Below are positions 1-6,775 of a stretch of DNA of 9,898 nt, piece after piece. The position numbers were made by a program, and so were the translations under genes. Under the pieces are notes generated by a model. It did no database searches, had not been told where the DNA came from, and saw nothing but the letters and a program-made list of their open reading frames with translations. This DNA comes from a virus (taxonomy: Duplodnaviria > Heunggongvirae > Uroviricota > Caudoviricetes): IMG/VR virus record IMGVR_UViG_2698536372_000014; one strand, given 5' to 3'. Every line of letters starts with the position of its first letter. The first letter of the stretch is position 1.

Positions 1-335
1 CCCAGCCGCCCACCAGGAACGAGCTGACCGCGCACAATATTGATTTCATCAAACTGCTCGTCGTCTATGAGAAGTCCGGCATGCGTCAGCACATCCAGTG
101 GTGCTTTCAGGATATTGTCCAGGTCACGACGGCGCTTATCCGGTGGCTCTGCAATAATCTTTATCACCAGCCTTCCGGACAGGTTTAATTTCAGCCGCTG
201 CTGGCGAACAATTAGCGCCACATCACGGCGATAACGCTTTCCGGCTTCCGAGATGAAATACGTATTGCCATGACGTCGCCAGTAGGTATTCACCGTCGGC
301 GGGTAAGGCAAAACAAATTCTATCCGTTCAGTCAT
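1..335 (-). CDS. rusA: RusA-family Holliday junction resolvase; start codon at 335..333, 3' end runs off the window edge
   Basis: Manual minus-strand translation from ATG 335..333 gives MTERIEFVLPYPPTVNTYWRRHGNTYF...PDKRRRDLDNILKAPLDVLTHAGLLIDDEQF...GGRL, matching the RusA signature as I recall it (LPxPPS.N, RRRDLDN, DD.Q, GGRL). The ATG directly follows the TGA of the upstream gene (TGAATG). Not in the ORF track because no stop lies within the window. Confidence 0.75.
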   Translation of the reverse strand, partial: MTERIEFVLPYPPTVNTYWRRHGNTYFISEAGKRYRRDVALIVRQQRLKLNLSGRLVIKIIAEPPDKRRRDLDNILKAPLDVLTHAGLLIDDEQFDEINIVRGQLVPGGRL

Positions 336-1577
336 TCATGCTTTCCACTTCAGGACACCCGAATTTCTCGCGTGCATTAAAAAACGAATCAGCAACAACA
401 GCTGGCTGCCGTGTTTTTCTTCAAAATCTTTTACCCCAGCGTGCAGTTCGTTATGACATTTACGGCACAGCGGAATAACAAACAAATCATCAGCCTTTGT
501 TCCCATCCCTCCCAGTCCATGACCAATGATGTGATGCGGATCATCTGAATTTCTCGCGTGCATTAAAAAACGAATCAGCAACAACAGCTGGCTGCCGTGT
601 TTTTCTTCAAAATCTTTTACCCCGGCGTGTAGTTCGCTATGGCATTTACGGCACAGCGGAATAACAAACAAATCATCAGCCTTTGTTCCCATCCCTCCCA
701 GTCCATGACCAATGATGTGATGCGGATCATCTGCCTGATTACCGCACGTCATGCATTTCTGCGTTTTTACCCAGCGCGTGTATACAGGCATCTCTTCCCG
801 TTGTGGTTTCTGGCGCTGGAGATACTGAGCCGGTGACTCCGGATCAACGGCAATGCTGACCACCGTCTTTTCCTGTGGCGGGTTTTGCTGGTGGGCGTGA
901 GGCAGCGGCGCAAGATTTTTTGTGCGCTGCTTCAGTATGATGGTGGCGGTCTGCTCTCCCGGTACGATGTCGCTTTCACGGTACATTGAGCGGATTTTTT
1001 CCGCACGCAACCCCAGCGAACGACGTAATACCGCTTCCGGTAGCGCGTCCGCCACCTGATTGCGGACCGCCCACCAGGATAATTCAGCCAGAGATAATTC
1101 ACGCTCCTGCGTACCGCTTATTGCGTGACCGATGACGTCAATCATCCATGCTGACAGGTTTTGATGAGCAAGTTGCTCGAGTGATTCGGATGTCTGGTCA
1201 CGCAGCTGGTTGTCGCAGTGCCAGCACAACACCATTGCGCCGGTACCGTAACGGTGAATGACGGTTTCACTGTGATGATAGTCACCATGAGGCCACTGGC
1301 AGGATTTGACATGACGCAACAGCCAGTCAGACAGTGCACCAGCGCCACCAACAGCACGAATCACACGCTCATTGCTGAAAAACGGCAGTAATGATTTATC
1401 CTCCGCCAGCGGCTGGCGAACGGCAGGGACGATGCCGGACGGCAGACCGCGCATGCTTTTCGGTTCCGGCTCCACAAGCACTCGAGGGTTATGGAATACC
1501 TGCATGGATTCACGGCCTGGTTTAAGGACCACCAACCCAAGTTCCGGTACCGGAACAGGTCGAAGTAATACCCGCAC
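336..1577 (-). CDS. DUF968 / Ref-like HNH (beta-beta-alpha-Me) nuclease-family prophage protein, YdfU-like, with an internal in-frame tandem duplication
   Basis: 413-aa ORF with GTG start at 1577 preceded by GGAGG 5 nt upstream. The C-terminus holds a 62-aa segment (HHIIGHGLGGMGTKADDLFVIPLCRKCH[S/N]ELHAGVKDFEEKHG...) present twice in tandem; His/Cys spacing resembles HNH-type metal sites. Position between hok/rem and rusA matches the nin-region DUF968 gene of Qin-like prophages. Family assignment is from memory, not a search. Confidence 0.7.
   Translation of the reverse strand: MRVLLRPVPVPELGLVVLKPGRESMQVFHNPRVLVEPEPKSMRGLPSGIVPAVRQPLAEDKSLLPFFSNERVIRAVGGAGALSDWLLRHVKSCQWPHGDYHHSETVIHRYGTGAMVLCWHCDNQLRDQTSESLEQLAHQNLSAWMIDVIGHAISGTQERELSLAELSWWAVRNQVADALPEAVLRRSLGLRAEKIRSMYRESDIVPGEQTATIILKQRTKNLAPLPHAHQQNPPQEKTVVSIAVDPESPAQYLQRQKPQREEMPVYTRWVKTQKCMTCGNQADDPHHIIGHGLGGMGTKADDLFVIPLCRKCHSELHAGVKDFEEKHGSQLLLLIRFLMHARNSDDPHHIIGHGLGGMGTKADDLFVIPLCRKCHNELHAGVKDFEEKHGSQLLLLIRFLMHARNSGVLKWKA
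361..732. repeat. Direct tandem duplication, 2 x 186 bp (361-546 and 547-732), inside the DUF968 gene
   Basis: The two units are identical except for 4 substitutions clustered within 19 bp (copy-1 positions 438, 444, 451, 456). Unit length is a multiple of 3, so the frame is preserved; 3 of the 4 differences are synonymous and 1 gives Asn/Ser. Confidence 0.9.
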
Positions 1578-1578
1578 G

Positions 1579-1857
1579 TTACCTCCAGATGCGTTGCTGG
1601 AATGTGCGGGACGGACGCGGTGGGCGCTCGGAGTACGGCAGCCTGACGTAGATTATCCAGTGACGATAATCGAGGCTGAGGGCTTTCCTAAACTCATACC
1701 CACGTCTGCGGTAGTTCTGAATCAGCCATTCGGCCTGTTCTTCAGTGCATGGGGCGTGCCGGAACCAGTCAGATTTGAATGCATGAGAACGCCGCCCGTG
1801 CCTGCTGGCAAAGACGGCTGAATTATCAGAATTGTGTAGTCTGGAATTTTGCGCCAT
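1579..1857 (-). CDS. Hypothetical small basic prophage protein (92 aa)
   Basis: ATG at 1857 with GGAGA about 7 nt upstream; its stop (1581..1579) sits at the RBS/start of the downstream DUF968 gene, suggesting translational coupling. No family recognised. Confidence 0.5.
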   Translation of the reverse strand: MAQNSRLHNSDNSAVFASRHGRRSHAFKSDWFRHAPCTEEQAEWLIQNYRRRGYEFRKALSLDYRHWIIYVRLPYSERPPRPSRTFQQRIWR

Positions 1858-1926
1858 CGGCTTTCTCCGGTGGCACAGTGTTACTCAACAGGGGTTCAGC
1901 CCTGCGCTGAATTGTAGATGAATTCA

Positions 1927-2184
1927 CTAATCTTCAAAAGCAGAAAAACCAGCCTTAATCCCAGCTTCTTTCAGAGACGGCAACGATGTGACAAATTCAT
2001 TTGCACGCAAAATAAAACCATCCGTCACAAGCCCATCCACAAAATGAATTAACGCAGCTCCACTCTTCCTTTGTTGAGACTGTAAACATTTAATACGGCA
2101 GTGGCTGACAATAGCGCCCTTCTCAACGCGCACAGTATAGAGGCCATCTTCACTAAAAATTTCACGTAATTCTTCGATTCTCAT
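1927..2184 (-). CDS. Hypothetical protein, Rem-like by position and size (about 85 aa)
   Basis: ORF with ATG at 2184 (the track starts it at a TTG one codon earlier, 2187) and GGAAGGA about 10 nt upstream. It lies between hok and the DUF968 gene, as rem does in Qin; the naming is by context only. Confidence 0.5.
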   Translation of the reverse strand: MRIEELREIFSEDGLYTVRVEKGAIVSHCRIKCLQSQQRKSGAALIHFVDGLVTDGFILRANEFVTSLPSLKEAGIKAGFSAFED

Positions 2185-2302
2185 CAACAGAATCCTTCCA
2201 GATAAATAGCACTCCCCTGTTCGGGGTCCATCCCTCTTCTCCCTGCGCGCTACTTAAGTATTTTTGATTCTATTCCGGCGCCGTCCGGAACTTCAAACGC
2301 GT

Positions 2303-2336
2303 TGAAAATAAAAACAAAAACCCGCCGAAGCGGGTT
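2303..2336 (-). terminator. Rho-independent terminator downstream of hok (minus strand)
   Basis: Minus-strand RNA reads AACCCGC-UUCG-GCGGGUU followed by UUUUGUUUUUAUUUU: a 7-bp GC-rich stem with UUCG tetraloop and U-tract, about 70 nt past the hok stop. Confidence 0.7.
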
Positions 2337-2404
2337 AAGTGCGGGTGCGTTGAGGATGCCTGACACATCAGAGGTGGCGAGGGATTTCTCCCCCGCCTGG
2401 TCTC

Positions 2405-2560
2405 TTACTCCTCAGGTTCGTAAGCTGTGAAGACAGCGACCTCCGTCTGGCCGGTTCGGATTCGTACCTCGCAGAGGTCTTTCCTCGTTACCAGTGCCGT
2501 CACTATGACGGTTAAACAGATGACGATCAGGGCGATTAACATCGCCTTTTGCTGCTTCAT
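2405..2560 (-). CDS. hokD: Hok-family type I toxin (51 aa small membrane peptide)
   Basis: Translation MKQQKAMLIALIVICLTVIVTALVTRKDLCEVRIRTGQTEVAVFTAYEPEE matches the Hok/Gef family and, from memory, HokD/RelF closely: single transmembrane helix and the conserved RKDLCEV.IRTGQTEVAVF motif. Confidence 0.85.
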   Translation of the reverse strand: MKQQKAMLIALIVICLTVIVTALVTRKDLCEVRIRTGQTEVAVFTAYEPEE

Positions 2561-2617
2561 AGCCTGCTTCTCCTTGACCTTTCGGTCCGTAAGAGGCAAT
2601 CTATATGTGACGAGCAT
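2405..2617 (-). CDS. Mok-like in-frame N-terminal extension of hok (70-aa frame)
   Basis: The ORF extends hok upstream in the same frame (MLVTYRLPLTDRKVKEKQA-MKQQ...), resembling MokC as I recall it; GTGAGG lies about 8 nt upstream of ATG 2617. Confidence 0.5.
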   Translation of the reverse strand: MLVTYRLPLTDRKVKEKQAMKQQKAMLIALIVICLTVIVTALVTRKDLCEVRIRTGQTEVAVFTAYEPEE

Positions 2618-2660
2618 ATAGGGGCCTCACTTCGATTTATAGTCGGGTGGGGCTTTTATC
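2605..2660 (+). ncRNA. Putative Sok-like antisense RNA covering the mok translation-initiation region (boundaries approximate)
   Basis: Hok loci are normally controlled by an antisense RNA across the mok SD/start. The plus strand here has a possible -35 TTGACC at 2574-2579 and a hairpin (CCUCAC...GUGGGG) followed by CUUUUAUCU at about 2625-2660. Inferred from locus architecture; ends not determinable by eye. Confidence 0.3.
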
Positions 2661-2752
2661 TATCTGCCGTTGGTGTTCATGCCCGAGGCAGATAGCCTCA
2701 AGCACCCGCAGCAATCCTACTTAACTCTGCCGTTACAGCAAACCGTTTTCGC

Positions 2753-2776
2753 CCGATATGGGAATTCCCATATCGG
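2753..2776. repeat. Perfect 24-bp palindrome CCGATATGGGAATTCCCATATCGG
   Basis: 10-bp arms around a central AATT; lies between the SBP gene stop and the hok locus. Possible protein-binding site or hairpin. Confidence 0.6.
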
Positions 2777-2895
2777 AATGAATTCAGTTCACCTGGCGAG
2801 GCTTAGCGTACAATTTTTTCCGTTTTGTGAGCTGCCCCTACATGCCGCTGGCGCGGCATCCGGAAAAAGAATCCACGTCCTGAAGGACGAGGATG

Positions 2896-3654
2896 TCAAG
2901 TGCCTTTCCTGGTCCAGCCATATTTTTTGAATGCAGGCGCCGCTTCATCGGTTTGTAGCCATTCTGCAAATCGACGGGTTTCATCATTTGCATCCTGACG
3001 TACTGTAATGTTCATATCACGCCATATCACGTAGTCTGGCGCTATTTCCACGACATCACCAATTTCTGGATTACTGGCTGCCCAGTCAGCCCAGGTTATC
3101 CAGACATCTGCTCCAGGCTGATTCTCAAGAGCCTTACGTGCAGTTCCGCTATTGGGCGCATATAAAATAATATTTTTTCGGATTGCGGCGACAGTTTCTA
3201 TATTCCCTTTACGTCCGGCAATATCTTCCCAGACGCCAGTGCCTGATGTATTACTGGTACCACCACCATCATTAACAATTACGCCAATCCCAGGTCTGGT
3301 CAGGTCGTCAATACTCCGGATATTTTTAGGATTACCTTTCTTTACCAGTAAAATACTTTTTCGCAGATAAAGAGGCTGAATATCTTTTTCACTGAAGCTG
3401 TCTTTATGGTCCCGAATGATAGCCAGAGCAGATTGTTCTGATGCGCCAAACAAGATATCTGCATTTTTTTTGGCATCTTCATTCCATTTGTTCTGTGGGC
3501 CGTAATGAACGTTCACTATAATACCTGTTTTTTCGGCATAAAGTTTGGCTGCATCAAGCAAGGCTGTATGCGGGCCACCAGGACCATACAGATTGATATC
3601 AGCATAAGCAGCAGAAGACAGGAATATTAAAAAACCTGCCATTATGTTCCTCAT
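2896..3654 (-). CDS. Periplasmic substrate-binding protein, ModA/AcfC-like, with signal peptide; orphan (no permease or ATPase partner in window)
   Basis: 252-aa ORF with ATG at 3654 and AAGGAG 7 nt upstream. N-terminal signal peptide MRNIMAGFLIFLSSAAYA; the C-terminal AFKKYGW resembles the ModA-type ending. AT-rich codon usage and an AT-rich upstream region (3655-3900) suggest foreign origin. Confidence 0.7.
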   Translation of the reverse strand: MRNIMAGFLIFLSSAAYADINLYGPGGPHTALLDAAKLYAEKTGIIVNVHYGPQNKWNEDAKKNADILFGASEQSALAIIRDHKDSFSEKDIQPLYLRKSILLVKKGNPKNIRSIDDLTRPGIGVIVNDGGGTSNTSGTGVWEDIAGRKGNIETVAAIRKNIILYAPNSGTARKALENQPGADVWITWADWAASNPEIGDVVEIAPDYVIWRDMNITVRQDANDETRRFAEWLQTDEAAPAFKKYGWTRKGT

Positions 3655-3818
3655 AAAAAACTCCTTTTATTGGTTATCATGAAATAAAGTTATAAACACT
3701 ACAAATAATATATATTACATCCAGATAAACTTATCCGACTTTACCTCGTGCATAGCTTGTTATTTAAAGTCAACAAAATAAGGAAAATTATACGCATATT
3801 GAAGAGTATAAACCTTAC

Positions 3819-3846
3819 ATGTTGATTACATTTTTGTAATCAACAT
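3819..3846. promoter_or_regulatory. Inverted repeat ATGTTGATTAC-N6-GTAATCAACAT in the AT-rich region upstream of the SBP gene
   Basis: 11-bp perfect arms with a 6-bp AT spacer, about 170 bp upstream of the SBP start; candidate operator. Function is inferred. Confidence 0.3.
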
Positions 3847-3905
3847 CCTGTTTGGAATAGCCAGCCTTTAATGGATAACTATTTCTGACAATGCAATGAG
3901 TATAA

Positions 3906-4598
3906 TCAAGTCCATCTTCCACTGAGAATTAGAGGCGGCATGCTTTTTCCGGCTCTTGCCGGATATCCGTAATTGTCCATAATCTGCAGATTTATACCTT
4001 CTGCATGACCTGTCAGCGAAAATTTGTCCGGTGTTTCTACGGGAATGACATCAAAAGTTACACGCACTCGCGTTACCGTGTAGACCTACTTTCCTGCACT
4101 TGCAAGATCACAGTGGTGTAACCGTAACAGGAATTTATTCTCTGGACCGGCAGTAAATCCCTGAGTGGCGTGGTTCCCATATCAATTTCCCGCCAGGCAG
4201 CCTCCATTGCCAGCGTACAGGCTGGAGCCATGACCTGCCCTTTAAATCTGGCCCGACCATCCCACCGGACGTGTTCTTCTCCCCTGAACTTAGGTACAGT
4301 CATCTCCAGTGGCACAAAAGTGTCAGCGCCATAATTTTTGACCGTTATCGCGCTACGGATATTTTGTTGACTGGTGAAAATCACCCCGCAGAATCAGGCT
4401 TATTCCCTTAACCTGGGCTTTCATCCTGACCGCCGCCTCACTACGACCAATCAGACTGCCGATGCATTTTACCTTCATTGTTAGTATCATGATTTCAGGC
4501 CTGCACCATCCGCTCATTGCCCGGACTTCCGACAAATCCCGGCAACCATATCCCGGTGCTTGTTCAGCTCCCGCAGCGCGGCGCAGACTCGCTCCCAC
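3906..4598 (-). pseudogene. Degraded gene remnant(s): three adjacent minus-strand ORF fragments in alternating frames
   Basis: Fragments at 4598-4353 (only the part below 4514 is free of the upstream gene), 4384-4073 (103 aa, GTG start) and 4085-3906 (about 50 aa, FSLTGHAEGINLQIMDNYGYPARAG..., no usable start). None has a convincing start/SD. Identity unknown; only a weak, uncertain resemblance to a MOSC-like beta-barrel fold. Confidence 0.3.
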
Positions 4599-4659
4599 TT
4601 CTGGACATGATTCTTCGCCCTACGCAGTTCGCGATTTGCCATATGCAGCGATGGCAAAA

Positions 4660-5247
4660 TCAAATCATCTTCTCGCGTTGCAGTAAACGATGGCAGCGAC
4701 TGCACAATGTCCGCCACAGTTTCTGTTTTAATATCTTCCTGTGTTGCATCTTTCTGTACCGGTAACGAACACCGGCTGGCTGAGGAAAGGCTTTACCATC
4801 GGTTTCCGCTACCGATTCAACTTTCGGCTCTGCTGGTAAATTATCACCTGGTATGCAGTAACGAATTTTACCGTTCTGGTTTACGCGAATCAGACGACCT
4901 TTGCTGATTGCCATTGCCAGCGTTGAAGCAACTTTGCGGGATGTTGTACCGAACAGCGTAGCCAGTTCATCCGCCGTTTGTGGTCCGCGTTGTTCAATCG
5001 TCGCGGTTAAATCGCACTCTGAGATTTTCGCTTCTGTTGCCGTGGTGGTTTCTTCTGGCGCTGGCTGTTCCTGCTGAACGTTGTTATCAGCCACACGCCA
5101 GGTGTATACGCTTTTATCAACGAAGCCAGCCTTTTTCAGTTCCCACAGCTCGTTCAGTACTTCTTCACGACTGATATCAAGTCGCGCAGCCAGCTCTACC
5201 GACGTGGCTTTTCCCATCGCTTTCAGTGCGTCAAAAACAGTCTCCAT
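4660..5247 (-). CDS. Phage early-region protein with N-terminal winged-helix-like domain (DUF1627-like, tentative); appears frameshifted near 4765-4795
   Basis: The 195-aa ORF starts [43 protein letters not shown], but its last ~40 residues are unnatural ([18 protein letters not shown]...). A different frame is open from 4792 to 4514 with a natural-looking sequence ([37 protein letters not shown]...). A single frameshift would join them into one protein of about 245 aa ending at 4514. Confidence 0.55.
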   Translation of the reverse strand: METVFDALKAMGKATSVELAARLDISREEVLNELWELKKAGFVDKSVYTWRVADNNVQQEQPAPEETTTATEAKISECDLTATIEQRGPQTADELATLFGTTSRKVASTLAMAISKGRLIRVNQNGKIRYCIPGDNLPAEPKVESVAETDGKAFPQPAGVRYRYRKMQHRKILKQKLWRTLCSRCHRLLQREKMI

Positions 5248-5280
5248 AAATTTCCTCCCGGTAAAAAATCACTTCTCAAC

Positions 5281-5946
5281 TCAAACAAAACCAGCCGCTT
5301 TCCGGCGTTCATATTCCTGTTTCAGCAACTCAATTGGCGTTGGCCCCGACGGGCGTTTGGGGGCCGCCAGTTGTCGCCGGACTGGCGGAACGCTCAGGCC
5401 GTTACTAACATGCTTTGCCCATTTCGTCAGTTGCCGTTCTGCAAGCCGTTTTAATTCCCCTTCGGTCATCTGGCGCTCAATCCCCTTTGAACGCATCTCG
5501 AGGCAAATGTGATACAGCACAGGCTGAGACCACGGGTACTTATCACTTCCGTCGTATCGCCAGGACTCATTGCGCCAGCGGCGGTACTCCTCCATCACAG
5601 CATCCACCGTCAGACCGAATGGATTGGCTCCGCTTTTCGAAATCAGTGCCACAAACTCAGCCAGGTCCGGAGGCCATGTTTCACCCGCCCGGCAGCGGTC
5701 CATGCACTGGCGGCAGACCTGCCGGATTTGCTGCTCAGTCATCGCGCCAATCTGTGCAATCCAGAGCTTCGAAGGTGCGGCCCCGTTCTTCTGGATCCAG
5801 CGGTTCGAATAAACCACCCCCATGAGTTCCCACAGCTTCCAGGCCGTTTCCGTCGCTGATAAATCCGTTTTCACGTTCCCACTGCTCACGTGCTGCCCGA
5901 ATTTCCTGAACTGCCCGTGATGCGGTGCCACCTGGTGCTGCTGCAT
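5281..5946 (-). CDS. Lambda P-like replication protein (DnaB helicase loader)
   Basis: 221 aa; ATG at 5946 with AAAGGGG about 7 nt upstream. The centre and C-terminus align by eye with lambda P as I recall it (AMTEQQIRQV vs ITTMEQVNAG; SDKYPWSQPVLYHICLEM vs AESYPWKSNAHYWLVTNL; TEGELKRLAERQL vs TDAELRRKAADEL). Confidence 0.7.
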   Translation of the reverse strand: MQQHQVAPHHGQFRKFGQHVSSGNVKTDLSATETAWKLWELMGVVYSNRWIQKNGAAPSKLWIAQIGAMTEQQIRQVCRQCMDRCRAGETWPPDLAEFVALISKSGANPFGLTVDAVMEEYRRWRNESWRYDGSDKYPWSQPVLYHICLEMRSKGIERQMTEGELKRLAERQLTKWAKHVSNGLSVPPVRRQLAAPKRPSGPTPIELLKQEYERRKAAGFV

Positions 5947-6775
5947 GGTTTACCCCTTTGCTGACTGGTTTAACCTGCGCCCTGACGTGATTTACGTGAC
6001 GGGCGAATTTCTGCTCCCACTGAATCTGCGTAAACACTTTCCCCTCCGCTGCCCAGTAGTCCCGGAAGGCGGCAAGTTCAGCAGGTGTAAATTCTGTCTC
6101 CGGCAAAGCCATCCCCCACAACGCAGCCCGTCGTCGAAAATCCCGTGACGGATACCAGCTATCGCTCATCGGGAATTTTCCGATGGGTTCGCTCAGGCCA
6201 TACAGGAATACAGGGGGGGCTGCCTGTAACGACAAAACTTCCTGCTCACTGGTCGGAGCACTCTCGCGTGCGTTATGTGTGGGGTTTAGATCTTTGGGTT
6301 CCTTTGGGTTCCGTGATCCGTTTTTGGGTGTCTTTGATGGAAAATTTGGGTGTCTTTGGTTATTTTCCATGCAGCTAAGAGTTCTGTTTTTGGGTCTGTT
6401 TTGTGCTGAAACATAACCATTTTCGGTACTGTTTTTATTAACAGCACCAATTTTACCCACCTTTAAAGACTCCCGTTTTTGGGTGTATTCAGGCTCGGCA
6501 ACACTTTCTTCTACACCGATAAGTCGGTACACCACAATTTGCTTTGTTCTGCCTTTTCTCTCACCGGTATCAACAATTAACCCAATCTCCATCAGGTGTC
6601 GTAAGCTGTCCTGCACAGTCTTTTTGTTCAGTTCCGTTACTTCTGCCAGTGCAGATACAGACGGGTATGCACACAAATCGGCACCGCACATATCAGCAAG
6701 CCAGGTCAATACTGACTTACTGGATGAACTGCCGGTTTTCACCTTTTTAGCCCATCGTAGTGCATCGATACTCAT
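5735..6775 (-). CDS. O-like replication initiator (N-terminal HTH DNA-binding domain, central linker containing ori, C-terminal domain)
   Basis: Best start is ATG 6775 (MSIDALRWAKKVKTG...) with AGGGG 5-6 nt upstream; the track's upstream start at 6850 has no SD. The low-complexity linker coincides with the iteron array; the gene sits immediately upstream of the P-like gene. Confidence 0.65.
   Translation of the reverse strand: MSIDALRWAKKVKTGSSSSKSVLTWLADMCGADLCAYPSVSALAEVTELNKKTVQDSLRHLMEIGLIVDTGERKGRTKQIVVYRLIGVEESVAEPEYTQKRESLKVGKIGAVNKNSTENGYVSAQNRPKNRTLSCMENNQRHPNFPSKTPKNGSRNPKEPKDLNPTHNARESAPTSEQEVLSLQAAPPVFLYGLSEPIGKFPMSDSWYPSRDFRRRAALWGMALPETEFTPAELAAFRDYWAAEGKVFTQIQWEQKFARHVNHVRAQVKPVSKGVNHAAAPGGTASRAVQEIRAAREQWERENGFISDGNGLEAVGTHGGGLFEPLDPEERGRTFEALDCTDWRDD
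6290..6485. repeat. Putative origin of replication: iteron array (TTTGGGT-type direct repeats) plus adjacent AT-rich segment, inside the O-like gene
   Basis: TCTTTGGGTTCC twice (6292-6312), TTTGGGTGTCTTTG twice (6323-6336 and 6345-6358, 22 bp apart), TTTTGGGTCTG (6387) and TTTTGGGTGTAT (6476), flanking an AT-rich stretch at about 6361-6460. Analogous to ori-lambda within O. Confidence 0.55.

Noticed and set aside
40-234. 64-aa plus-strand ORF
   Set aside because: Lies antisense within the rusA coding region, with serine/arginine-rich low-complexity translation and no RBS; antisense shadow ORF.
1372-1821. 149-aa plus-strand ORF
   Set aside because: Antisense to the DUF968 gene and the 92-aa gene, both of which have RBS support; composition looks like a GC-rich shadow frame.
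4353-4598. 81-aa minus-strand ORF as an independent gene
   Set aside because: Its first third overlaps the natural-looking C-terminal frame of the winged-helix gene, and internal ATGs lack any RBS; treated as part of the degraded region.
5081-5859. Several long plus-strand ORFs (5081-5512, 5415-5825, 5509-5859, 5570-5812)
   Set aside because: All overlap each other and are antisense to the P-like and O-like genes in a GC-rich stretch where stop codons are rare; no RBS, unnatural composition.
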